From contig JWZX01003019.1 in NCBI GenBank assembly GCA_001275005.1, forward strand, positions 1 through 44,406: 44,406 nucleotides of DNA, written 5' to 3'. Position 1 is the first letter of the stretch. Each line of letters opens with the position of its first letter. Positions 20,898 to 32,405 of this stretch are shown here, piece by piece. A model generated the notes under the pieces. That model did no database searches. It was not told the DNA's origin and saw only the letters and a program-made list of their open reading frames with translations. The DNA is from Chrysochromulina tobinii. Taxonomy: Eukaryota. Both the position numbers and the translations under genes were made by a program.

Positions 20898-21690
20898 TCA
20901 GGCCTTACCAGCCTTCTTGGCCTTCTTCTTGGCCTTGGCCTTCTTCTTCTTAATGGCCGCGAGCTGCTCCTGCAGCTTCCGCTCCTTATCCACTGCCTTG
21001 AGCTGCTTCTCACGCCGCGCCATGCACAGCAGGTCCCTATCTTCGCACTCCTCGACGTCCGCCTCGAGCTTCTCTAACTTCGACATGTCCTTCCTCTCCT
21101 TTTTCGCGCCGGCGCCGCCGCCGGCCGCGTCTGCCTCCGCAGTCTCGCCCGCGGACGCCGCCTCGCGTTCCTCGCGCGCCCGCGCCTCCTCTGCGAGGAT
21201 CTCGGCCATGATATCGTCCGCACCCTCGTCGCCTTCGCCCTCCTCCGCGTACGCCGCCGCGCCGCGCTTCACCTCGGCGCAATCGACCTCTTCGAGGGTG
21301 GGGAACGCGTCGAGCGTCTCGGTGCTCTTCTTGCCGGCAGCGACGAGCGAGCCGAAGGCGCCGAGGGTCTCGACGTCGAAGGCGCCCATGTGCCGAGCCC
21401 ATTTGAGCTTGGTCGGCGAGATGAAGATCATCGTGGGCAGGTCGACCTCAGAGAGACCGAAGGCGCCCGCAAAGGACGGTTGACAGGTGGCGTCGAGCCA
21501 CGAGAAGGAGAGAGGCGAGCCACTCTTACGCTTCTTGAGCTTCGTGAGCATCTCGAGGTGCGCCGTCTTGGCCGCCTCGTTCTCGGGAGCGCCGTCGAGC
21601 ATCGCAATGGCGCACAAGCCGCCCTTGGCCACGCAGAGCGGGCCGATGGTCGCCGCATTCAGCTCCTCGATCGGTCCCTCCTCCTTCTTC

Positions 21691-21721
<31 letters not shown>

Positions 21722-23303
21722 CTCCCTGGTCGGTGCCGCCGCCTTCGCCGCCCGCGCCGCTGCCAATCTTTTGCTCTCGCATGAGCACGATCTGCGCCAC
21801 GAAGTTGGCAATGTTGCCGTAGTTGAACTTACCGTGCATCTGCGGCGTGAAGATCATTCCCGTGAGCGGCACCTGGCCTTGCTCGTCGACCTTATCCCCG
21901 GGGAACATGACGAGCAGCGTGGGGGCCTTCTGCACATTGAAGCGCTTCGCGAGCGCAGCCTCACTCGCCTGCGCCATGCCGAAGGCGACCTTGCCCTCGA
22001 AGGAGAGAGAGATGGCGCGGAGCAGGGGAGGAATCTCACTCTTGTCGGAGAAGAGGAGGCAAAAGGATTGGGCGGACGCTGTCTGCATCGCCTCCGCGAT
22101 GAACCGGTCGATATTGCCCCCATTGAGCTGCATCACGCCCGTCTCAGGCAAGGACTCGAGCGCCGCCTTCTTGGCCGCCGCCACCCCCTCCTCGTTGGCT
22201 GCGAAGGGCTTCGAGGCCTTGCGCTTCACACCGACCTTTCGGAATGGATAGACGACCAGCTGCGGCTGCGCGCTCGGTTTGAGCCCGAAGCGGTCGGCGA
22301 GGTCGGCGGCCGCGCGGCCCACCTTGACCTGCCCGTACAACGACTCCGCGAGCGCGCCCACTCCGCCGGGAGTCGAGAGCGCCGCGACCTCGCTCCCGGC
22401 GAAGAGGAGGACCCATGCGTCACGCTCACCCTCGACGAGCTCCGCCACATTGCTCGCGCTCACGGCGAGCGACAGGTCCTCAGCCGCGGCTGCGTCGCCA
22501 CCGTCACCGCCCGCCGCGCCCGCCTCCTCTGCCGCCGCGGGCGCCTCGGCTGCATGCGTCATGAGGAAGGCGGCCAGAGCCTGTGGCTTCAGCTCGCCCT
22601 CGTACGGGACAGGCGCCGCGTCGGGTGCGCTGGGCAGCACGACGACCTTCGGGAAGTCAGTGACGCCAAACTCGGCGACCGTCTTCTCGGCCGTCTCGCG
22701 AGCCTCGCCCAGCAGCATCCGCCCCTGAAGCTGCACCGAGAGTGACTTGAGCAGCGGCGGAGTCTCCTCCTTCTTAGTGAAAAGCACCGCCTTGGGCAGC
22801 GTGCCATTCTTCTGGAACTTGGCGAGCGACTTGTCGGTCACCGGGACGACGAGCGACGGCAGCGTTGCGGTCGCAAATTCCACCACGCCCTTGGCCGTGC
22901 GCGGCCCGCTGTAGTCGACCGGCGTCTTGTAAAATTTGCCAGTGTACGGGTTGCGGCTGCCGGAGCCAGGCAGGTACAGCTTGACGCTCGGGTAGCCCTG
23001 GACGCCGGCGGCCTGCACCGTCTTCTTGGACTCATCCGCGTTCACCGCGCCGAACTTGACGATGCCGGCCAGGTTCTCCGCCGCCTTCTGGAAGCCCTTT
23101 GCAAATTGCTTGCAATGCCCGCACCAGTCGGCGTAGTACTCGACGACCCACAGGTGCCGGTCGTCTTTGATGACCGTCTGGTCAAAGTTGGTGTCGTCGA
23201 GCTTTGTGAGCGGCGATTCACCGAAGTCGTACAGCGGCGGCGGCGTCTGCGCCAGTGCAAGGAGCGCAGTCCAGCTGAGCACGATAGAAAGCAGCGACGC
23301 CAT
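20898..23303 (-). CDS. Protein disulfide isomerase-like (PDIA6/P5-like) multi-thioredoxin-fold protein
   Basis: Signal peptide MASLLSIVLSWTALLALA; VEYYADWCGHCK; VQGYPSVK; DYSGPRTAK; followed by several inactive Trx-like domains. Confidence 0.85.
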
Positions 23304-23704
23304 CGCTGCCACGTCACACAGCGAGCACCTTGTGGTTACTGGTACAACAGTTAAGAAATCCGCGGCCGGGGCTCCTTGCTTAGCTTGGGGCGACAAGATG
23401 TACCATCGAGCATCTACCTTAGCCATGTGGATGTCGTGTGCAGAAGCGACGGTTAGTGCAGAGCCACGCGCCCCCACGCCGCACGCCCCCTACCCACACA
23501 AGAATCGACACTGCGCGGTGCACCCTTGCCGCGGACGCGCCGCGCCATCTCGCTCTCCCATCCCCGTCGCGCTCACCGTCGCGCTCGGGCCGCTCGCACG
23601 CGGCGAGTGGCCTCGCACACGCGTCCATCGCGCGCAGCCGCTCGCTTTGGGCCGGGCGGCTTGAAGGTTACATCCGCCGTCGGACGGTCGCCTATGGGCA
23701 TCGC

Positions 23705-24830
23705 TTATGCCTCGACCATCTTGGTATTGGCAGCATCCATCTCGGACTTCTTGCCCCACTGGGCGCCGGTGGGCGAGCCCATGACCGACGACTCGATGCC
23801 GCCCTCGTTGTTGCCGCGCACGATGCGGAAGTAACCCTTCTCGCCCCAGAACGGGTTCCAGCTGTTTTGGACCTTCCAATACTTGACGCCATTCTCGACG
23901 CCCCAGCCGACGAACTTGACCGCGTGGCCACCGGCCATGCTGCCCGAGACATGGTGGTAGATGCCCGAGTCGTAGTCCTCAAAATCCGAGTACACGGTGA
24001 ACGCCGTCTCGACCGGGCCGGCCTCCATAATCATCTGCTGGATCGCCAGCTCGCCGCTCGCCGACACGGGACGGCCAGCGAAGGTGATCTTGTCAGCAGC
24101 GAAGCTCGAGTGCGCGGGGGAGGCGGTTGGGTCGCATGTGGTGGGGCCCTGCGGCGAGTGCTCCGACGGGCAGCCCGGGGTGCCCTCGGCCGGCCACGGG
24201 TCATTCTTGGTCGGGCCGTGGTGGTGGCAGTGGGGCCAGAGAGAAGTCCGAGCACATGCCCTTGAAGCCGGTGTCTTGGCCCTCGGAGTCCTTGTACAGA
24301 CCGCCCGTGACGACGCCCTTTGACGAGATGTACGTCCATGGCGTGCTGATCTGGCCGCCGCCGCACCCGTTGTAGTTCGCGTTGAAGCAGATGTCCTGGT
24401 CCGAGAGCGGGAAGAGCATCGATGCGTTCGTGGCGATGCACATGCGGTCTGAGGCCGCCTCCGAGCCGCCGAAGGCCCAGCAGCAACCGCAGTTGCTCTG
24501 GTCGCGGATCATGCCAATCGACTTGGAGCATTGCGGCCAGAAAGTCGCCGAGTCAAAGCTCTCTGGGATGGCCATGTTCGCGTTCTGCGGCACGAATGGC
24601 GTGACCAGGCCCTTGGCGATGTGCTCGCGGATGTCCTGCGCCCAGTCGCCCTTGACGCCGAGCAGGCTCATCGAGGCGCCCGGCCGGAAGCTCGCGAAGC
24701 GCGGGTGCGCCTTCGCGACCCACTTGGCGCCGGCCTTGGCGACGGAATCGATCTGGGCCTGGCGCTCCGGGTGGACCTCGACCTCAGGCTGGGTGGCGAG
24801 CGCGAGGGCAATCGTGGCGATGTACAGCAT
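23705..24830 (-). CDS. CTSB: Cathepsin B-like cysteine protease with a single +1 frameshift at ~24236 (assembly error or pseudogene)
   Basis: Signal peptide, [13 protein letters not shown], occluding-loop [23 protein letters not shown] and YWKVQNSWN. The span is 1126 nt (3n+1); removing one base in tct ctg g ccc cac restores SLPHCHHH. Confidence 0.88.
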
Positions 24831-25076
24831 AGTTGATGGGGCTGCTCACGGAGGTGAGGGGGAGGGCGAGAGCGTGATGAGGAGGAGGCGGCGGCCAAGG
24901 CGTCAGGGGGGACAGAAAGCCTCACATCTTGCGTGTCGGGGTCTCCGAGTGTCGTCAATCTCATCACGTTACGAAGATGACTTTTCTTGTCATCGCTGAT
25001 GTCCACTTGGAGAACTTCCATGGACCGATGTGTCACGGCGTGGATGAAACTCCCTTGGCGCACGGACCGGCACACG

Positions 25077-25850
25077 ATGAGAGTTGTTTTCTTCGTGCTC
25101 ATCTCACTTGCCGCGACTGCTCCTACGTATATCGGGTGCAAATCCGTGCGTCAACACGCATTCGGTACGCCAACAGTCACATGCAGCCGCTCTCGCCTCT
25201 TAAGCCATCCACGGCTCGACGAGCAGCGAACGCCCGGGCTCGGCGGAAGGGTGCCATCCCAGCGGCCGTCGCCTCCACCGTTTGACGACGACATGCTCAG
25301 CAGCTCATCGGTCCTCGATACGTCACGGCGCCCGCGCGGTGCCCGCACGCGCATCTCGAGCACCGATGCCGGGTCGCTCGTCATCGACGTGCCAGCCGCC
25401 GGACTCAGCACCAGCACACTCTTCGGTGGTGCCTTCACAGCTGCGTGGTTCTCGGCCATTGTGCCGGCGACCTTCAGTGCTGGCGCGCCACTCCTCTTCA
25501 TGGCACCATTTTGGCTCGCCGGCGGCCTCGTGGCCAAGCAGTCCCTCTTCGATCCCGCCAAGGCGACGAGCCTCACCGTGGGTGAGTTTGCGTGGGAAGT
25601 GACCCAATCAGTAGCTGGGCTCGTGAAAGTCGCGAGTGATGGTGGGCCGACGAGCGAGCTGGACGGTGCATCGGTCGACGTATCTGCCTTCGTGAACGGC
25701 GTGCCGGTGTACGTCTGTAGGTTGGTGGCCGGTGCCGATGAGTGGACCATCGGCGAGTGCTTGCCCGAGGCCGAATTACAGTGGATCGCGCTGGAGGTGA
25801 ATGCGCATTTGGCGGCGCTCAAGGGTGGCGCAGCGGTAGAGCGATGGTAG
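25077..25850 (+). CDS. Hypothetical membrane protein with a signal peptide, possibly plastid-targeted
   Basis: MRVVFFVLISLAATA signal, then an R/S/P-rich segment, then two TM helices (AFTAAWFSAI...LLFMAPFWLAGG). Confidence 0.6.
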   Translation: MRVVFFVLISLAATAPTYIGCKSVRQHAFGTPTVTCSRSRLLSHPRLDEQRTPGLGGRVPSQRPSPPPFDDDMLSSSSVLDTSRRPRGARTRISSTDAGSLVIDVPAAGLSTSTLFGGAFTAAWFSAIVPATFSAGAPLLFMAPFWLAGGLVAKQSLFDPAKATSLTVGEFAWEVTQSVAGLVKVASDGGPTSELDGASVDVSAFVNGVPVYVCRLVAGADEWTIGECLPEAELQWIALEVNAHLAALKGGAAVERW

Positions 25851-26011
25851 AGGGACGTGGAAATCCATGGCCCTTTACACGCGCGACTTGACCGTGTAAT
25901 ACATACTTCGAAGATATTATACTATTAGCGAGTTAGGCTACAGGGCTACACAGCCCTCACAGGTGGAGACCCAGCAACGAGCGCGACCTGGTGGTGGCGC
26001 GAGGGATCACC

Positions 26012-26465
26012 TCAGTAGATATGGACGATCTGTGCGGCACACGACGGGAAAGAGTGCGCGATCGCGACGGAGCGAGTGAGCAAGAGCGGAGTCAGAATAG
26101 CAGGATGGGCGGGGGCAGCGATGTGTACGGAGGCACGTGCTGGGGCTCACATCGTAGAACAGCGTCCAAAAGAGGACGTAGGACATTCCAGCCTGACTGA
26201 TGCCCTCGGACCAGATGTCGTTCGGGTTCTTGAAGTAGGGTCGTGGGTTGCAGCCGACCGAGAGGTACAGGCCGACCGAGAGGAGCAATGTGCTCCCGAA
26301 GAAGGCAAGGAAACCGAGGATGCCGGTGAGCCCGAGGATGCCTGACGCCATGCCGGAGACGATGGCGACGAAGACCCGGCAAAAGTTGATTTGACGCATG
26401 TTGTACCCTATCCGGTCCATGGCGTAGATCTCTGAGAAGTCGACGTTATCGGCGCCGGGCTCCAT
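26012..26465 (-). CDS. EMC6: ER membrane protein complex subunit 6; exons 26465-26151 and 26029-26012
   Basis: SGILGLTGILGF and SYVLFWTLFYD|IVHIY* after splicing a GT-AG intron at 26150-26030, giving the canonical EMC6 C-terminus. Confidence 0.93.
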
Positions 26466-26727
26466 GTGGCAGAGCCGATCTAGGGCGAGGAGCGGGCAGA
26501 AAAGTTACGTGCCCCGAAAGGCTTTGTTTCGTGCAAGCAATACTTGTAAGGCAACTTAGAGGCACGGTTGCAGGGAGCGGCCCATTCAGCTTCAGGCGTG
26601 TACGAGGAATGAACGAAACCTACCTGCCGCCAAATCCGCAGGAAGGAGGCTTCTGCTGAGGCTCCGCCGACCGGCTGCTGGCCGCACGCTCCAAAAGTAG
26701 CAGCAAAGGCAGCGCGCTGCAATCGGC

Positions 26728-29700
26728 ATGGCGCTCGCCGTCAAGGTAGTCGGCGCACTCAACATCGAGGCCTCGTACGAAGCGTTCCACGTCGTCGTGC
26801 ACCTGCAGGCAGCTGATGGCCGCCACCTCGCCTCGGTGCGCACCGGCAACGCGGCCGAGGTGGCACCCGGAGCGGGTGCGATGTGGAACGAGGAGCTCGT
26901 GCTGCCCATCTCGAACGATGCCGGTTCGGAGGTCGCGAGCGTGCTCTTCGAGCTCCAGGGCGGCAGTGCCAGGGACTCAGCGGCGCACGGCATCGGCTCA
27001 GCAGCCATCGACTGGCCGACCGTGTGTACCAATGCGGTGGGCGACGGCTGGGCGACGGAGCCACCGCTGCTCGCGGCGCACGGCGTGCCCAATGGCAGCC
27101 GGCTCCTCGTGCGCCTGCTCCACGTCGACGCGGCTGCCTCGGCGGCCAAGCTCAAGCAGCTCAAGGCTCAAGTGTCCGAGGCCATCTCGGTGACGGGACG
27201 CGAGCGCCAGGCGCTGCTGTCTGCGGCGACGGAGCACACGCGGCAACTCAGCTCGACGCGCACGCAGCTCACGCTCAAGCTGCGCACCGTCTCGCAGAAG
27301 GCCACCGAGAAGGAGGTCGGAGACTTTCGCGCCGCGCTCGAGTCGCGTCTACAGGCGGCGCGTTCGGGACGCGACGCCGCCCTGGTGAACTTCAATGTGC
27401 TGCACCAGCAGGCGCTGAGGAAGGCGATGCCGCGAGTGCACGAGCGGCTCAATCGAGAGGCGCGCCAGCAGAGGGAGGCCATTGGGCGCGTGGGCGGCAA
27501 GGCGCGCGAAACGGAGGCTAAGATGAGAGCCGAGCGACGTCAGCAGTGGCAGGTGAGATGGCCTCTGAGGGCCTCTGAGGACCTCTGATGACCTCTGAGG
27601 ACCAGACCTGATGACCAGACCTCTCTTGAGTGCGCCTCGGAGTGCGCGCGCCTTGGAGCGCCGAGTACCCCTTTCCTGACGCCGCGTCCCGTCGCCGGTC
27701 GCAGGTGACAATTGTCAACGAGCGCGAACGTTCGTTACTCGCTGCCAGCCAGAAGGCAGCGCGCGCTGCGCACCGCCTGCAGGTGGCCTTCAAGCGAGCG
27801 GCAGCCCATGAGGGGTCGACCCTCGGACGTAGGCTACGTCGGATCGGGCTGGACGCCGAGGAGGCGGCCACAAAGGAATGCGCGGCGCTCCAGCCTGCAG
27901 GGGACCTGCTGGCGAAGCAGATTGGTCGAGGCCGCGCGGAGATCGACGCTGAGGCAGCGGAGGCGGTGAGTGCAGTGCGCCTCGAGGTGAATCGATTGGC
28001 CGCCGAGTGGTCGAATAGCCTGGCGGCCAGCTCGCGGGGCGCGCGCGAGGTGCAAGCGCACACGCTCCTAGAGCACCAGCAGGCCCACCGTGAGGCACGC
28101 GCCGCGCGCCGCGTCGTCGACAACTCGGCCGAGCAGACGAGGCGCGTCGCGATCTCGTCTCGCGAGAGCTCCCTCACCCAGCTCACGACCAATCTCGAGA
28201 AGGAGATTGAGGGCCTCGCTGGCTGGCTGGCGAAGCGCATCGAGGCGGCGAACGCGGCGGCGCAGGCGGCCCCCGCAGCGGGGGCCTTGTCGGCGCCGGT
28301 GGATTGGTCAGTGGCGGCGACGCGCTTCGAGGGCGAGGTGAGTGATCTGCGTGGCCGGATCGAGGCACAGCGCGTCAAGATGGGCGAGCTGCACACGCAG
28401 CTCTTCGTGGCGCGTGCCAAAGGCACGGCCACCCGCCAGGTGGCGGAGGTGATGAGGGCCGTCGAAGACCGGTGCGAGGAGATGATGGCGAGCGCCGCCG
28501 CTGTCGGAGACGATGCGGCAGGGAGCTTGCGCTGCGCGCTGGAGGGTCTGCTCGCCGAGGTTGGCCGCCAACACGACGCGTCGCTCGCGCAGACTGCCGT
28601 GGATGCGGACGCGTACGAGCGGGCGCTCGTCGCGCCGTCGGTGCGCGACGCGCCCAAGCACGAGGAGCTGCTTCGTCAGCTCGAGCACGAGCTCAGCCTG
28701 CAGACGCAGCTCTCGCTCTCCCGCCCAAACGAGTGGTTTGAACTGCTCGGGCGCAAGCTCAAACTCGACGAGCATGAGGTGGCCGAGTGGCGGGAGCGCG
28801 CCGCCGTGGGCACCGCGCGCCACACGGAAGAGCTCTCAGCGCTTGAGGCGCGAGCGGCGGAGGAGGTGGCAGCGGAGGAGGGGCTACAGGCTGCGCGTGA
28901 GGGCGCACTCATTGCAGACGCTTCCGCAGCGGTCCACCGGATGGCGCACGAGCGGCGCGAGCGCCTGCGGGAGCTTCCGATGCCCGAGCTCGCGTCCGTC
29001 ATCCGAGAGGCCGTCGAGAAGACGGCAAGGAGCGGCGAGACGATGGCGCTCGAGCGCCGGCGCGCCGCGTTTGAACGGCTCGACCTTTCCCGCCCAAAGC
29101 TGCCTGCGCCGGCGATTGTTGGCGCACGGCCCAAGGGCAGTGGCGGCGGCGCGGCGGCGCACGCGCAGGGCGAAAGCTTGGACGGCCGTCGCCACCCATC
29201 GCGCCGTACCGGTACGGCGGACGTCGCCGCAGACGAGGCCGAGGGTTTCGTCACCGGCGCCGAGTCGGAGCTTCTCTTGAGGCTCCGCGAGACTTTCCAT
29301 CAGTTGGCGGCGGAGGCGACGGCGACGCAGCCGTACGCGGCGGCCGCGAGCTCGCTGCAGCTCGACTGGGCCGAGGAGGCGGCCGAAGGGAAGCACGGGC
29401 TGCCGGCCCTCGAGACGCGCCAGCTGCGCGATCTCGAGGCGGAGCTCGCTACCAGTCTGCGCGAGACCATTCGAGAGGAGCACCTCGAGTTCGCCGCCAA
29501 GGTCAAGGCCCTCGCTGAGGAGCGCGAGGAGCTCCGCGCGGCCGCGAGCGCCGCGCCGCCGCAGTCGCCCACGAAAGCGCTCGATTCGGCGCCTCCAGTG
29601 CGCAAGGCAGAGGCGCGTGTAACTGCCGCCCGCGCGGAGCTCGCGCCTATCACAGCTTCTGAGCTCAACCGGAGCTTGGGTTCGCCCACGAGAGCGCTCG

Positions 29701-31220
29701 TCAGCGCCAATGCGCCCAAGCGGCGCGCGTTTGACGAAGCCCTCGAGGAGCAGCGTCGGGTGCGTCGGGAGGCCGTGCGCGCGCTGATCGCGGAGCGTGA
29801 GGACGGGGCAGCGGCGAGCGGCGCGCTACGCGCCACGGCGCTCGAGGCGCGCACGGACGCAGCGAGATCTGAGCTCGACAAGGGCAATCGTGAGTTCAGC
29901 GCCAAGCTCGACGAGAAGATCGCTGCGGCGCGGCTGCGGCTCGAGCCGGCGCGTAAGCGGCTCGCAGCCTCGAAGCGCTCATGTGCGGCGGAGCTGCTCG
30001 CCGGGCTGGTGGAGGAGTCTGAGGAGGCGTCCTTGGGTCTCGTCAGATACAATCTCAAGGCCAAGGAGGCCAAGGAGGCGGCGTGGGCTCGGCGGGTGGA
30101 GGCGCTCGTGAGAGCGCACGAGGCCGAGGCGGCCGAGCTCGCCGCAACCCGCGCGAGCTTGCTCGAGCATCTCTCGCACCAGAGCGGTTGGGCCGACGGC
30201 TTCGTGCCTACCCTCGTGGCCGTCGGGGCGCTGGGTGAGCCGCCAGCGCCGCCGCCGCCCTTCCCGCCATCCAAGCCCGCGCGCGAGATCACCGACGAGC
30301 TCCGAGATCTCAATCTCCCCGAGGGGATCGACGAACCCCGACTCCCGCGGTTGAGCTCCAACCCTCTGCCCACCGCCTCGGCGCGCGCGCGGGCGGCGTT
30401 TGTGAAGCGGCCGCTGCTCCTGAGCGCGCTCGCGCCGCGCTCGATCCCGGCGGCCAAACCGCGCCCGCCCGCGCCTCTCGAGCCGGTGGACGTGAACGCG
30501 GTGCTCGAGGAGCTCGGCACGGCGCTCCAACTCGACGGCAGCGACAAGGGCGGCGGCGCTCACGGCGGCGCGTGGGTGTGGGAGCGCGCGTCGCTGGAGC
30601 GCGCGCGAGCGCTGCATGCGCCGCTCTCCCGCGCGCGCGCGCCCCGTGCGCCGTCGCTCCCGCCTGAGGAGGACCTCTCGCCCGAGGCGCTCCGCGCAGC
30701 GGCTGTCAAGGCCGCGACGACGGCCGAGGGCGAGACGGAGGATGCGAAGCTCGCGCGCGAGATCGCGCAGCTCGAGCGGCACGTGGAGCAGCGTGCGGCC
30801 CAGAAGCGTGCCCTCGAGGCCCAGGCGGCGGAGCGCGTCAAGGCTCAGCGGTTCGCGCAGCTCGCGGCGGCGCGTGAGCGTGCGGAGGCGGAGCTCACAC
30901 AGGCCCAGCAGGCTTTCGAGCGCGAGGAGTACAGCATGCAGGAGCTGACGGCCCAGGCCAAAGCGATGGCGGTCGCGCGGATACAGGACCGAATGCGCGC
31001 CGAGGCGGCCGCCAATGGCGGCGTGGCCGCGCGCATCTGGTCCGAGGCGCTGTTGCGTCGTCAGTCCGAGGAGGCGAGGAGCCACGGGCGACGGCTCCGG
31101 CACGAGGCCCACGCGGCGGCGAGCAGCACGCTCGGCGAGCGCGGCGAGGCGTCCAAGGAGCAGCTCGCGAGTATGCGCGAGCTCATGGCCACGCTGAGCG
31201 CCATCGCCGAGGAGCACTAG
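26728..31220 (+). CDS. Large coiled-coil protein with a possible N-terminal C2-like domain; exons 26728-27552 and 27705-31220
   Basis: Phase-0 intron 27553-27704 (cag|GTGAG...GCAG|) joins the two long ORFs. The N-terminus has LAVKVVGA...WNEELVLP, a C2-like pattern. Confidence 0.7.
27553..27704 (+). other. Intron with GCCTCTGAGG/ACCTCTGATG decamer repeats
   Basis: GT-AG boundaries and tandem ~10-bp units at 27561-27620. Confidence 0.8.
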
Positions 31221-31621
31221 AGCGTATAGCCGCTGAAGTTCAGAGATGGAGGAGAGCCAGAGGCAGCAAAGGCACAAGGCGCCGCATGAGCACCGCAGGC
31301 TCGGGGTCCACGCCTGATTGCCCCACGGAGCGACGGCACTCGGGCGACGACGCCGGCACGCCGCGCGGTCCAGCGGTCCGGCGCGGGTGCCTGCGCCGCT
31401 TAGGCGCCGCGCTGGGCCTCGGGCGCCGCTCGCGACCCGCGCCGCCGTGTTGCGCCTTCCGGGCTCGCGGTTGGTCGGCCTTGCGCGCGATCGAGCCGTC
31501 GCGTCGTCGTAATCGACGGTAATGTGCAGGTAATGAAACCTAAGCTGCAGGATCCACGGTGCTATTTCCGGAGAGGCACACATGCTCCACGTATACTGAT
31601 ACTGGCAGCATGCGAGTGGCC

Positions 31622-32200
31622 TCAGGCTATCCTCCGAGGTATGCTGCGGTACCGAGAGCCAAACGGTCTGTAATCCACGTCCGGACTTCTCCTCGGCCCC
31701 GTCGCGGCCCCGATCTTCTCGTCGCTCGAGTCCGAGCCCGAATCATCCGAGTCCAAACGGTCGAGCTTTTCGAGCGTGCCGCGCATTCTGGAGATCATGA
31801 AGTTGAGCGGCGCGCCGCTGCCCGGCCCTACGTGCGGCCCTACGAGCGAGTTCTGAGCCAGACGGGCTCCGGTCGCAAACACCGCCTGCTGATCGGGACG
31901 CACGTATCGCAGGATGTGCCGCGGAGGATCGGAGCTTACGGGAATATGGACAATGTGACATTCCGTGCCGACTTGGCGCAGCGATGCGGCGAGCTGCGGC
32001 TGACGTTGCGTGGCAAGGTAGGCGGGGTCGTTGTAGGGAACCCTCGGCTGCGGAGGCGGCGGTGGCGGCGGCGGCGGCAGCGTCGGCGGCGACTGCGCTC
32101 TTCGGACAAACTCCTGGTCGGTGTCCAGGGTCTCCCACATCGCGGAGGCGCTCACGGACGACGCGCCTTCAGAGGTGGCCCAGCTCAGTGGACGGTGCAT
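31622..32200 (-). CDS. Hypothetical Pro-rich protein
   Basis: First ATG at 32200 in the 31622..32239 ORF; poly-Pro tract; no recognisable domain. Confidence 0.4.
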   Translation of the reverse strand: MHRPLSWATSEGASSVSASAMWETLDTDQEFVRRAQSPPTLPPPPPPPPPQPRVPYNDPAYLATQRQPQLAASLRQVGTECHIVHIPVSSDPPRHILRYVRPDQQAVFATGARLAQNSLVGPHVGPGSGAPLNFMISRMRGTLEKLDRLDSDDSGSDSSDEKIGAATGPRRSPDVDYRPFGSRYRSIPRRIA

Positions 32201-32405
32201 GAGCCGACTCCTGTCGTGAAGAACGAAACCGTCTTCCACGCCGCCGGCGACCCGAACTCAAGACGTTGTGTGTGCACTTCGAATGGCTATTCGACTTCAG
32301 TCTACCTGCAATGTAACTTTCTGTCAAACTTGCGGATTGGTCGGGCGAGTCGGCACGGCACCTCGACAGTCTACACGTGCACGCGTGGCACAAACGCGTT
32401 TTGCC

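Noticed and set aside
29300..31583. Long antisense ORFs (415 aa and 534 aa), and many similar shadow ORFs across the window
   Set aside because: These are stop-poor reverse or shifted frames of GC-rich genes, with Ser/Arg/Ala-biased translations and no domains.
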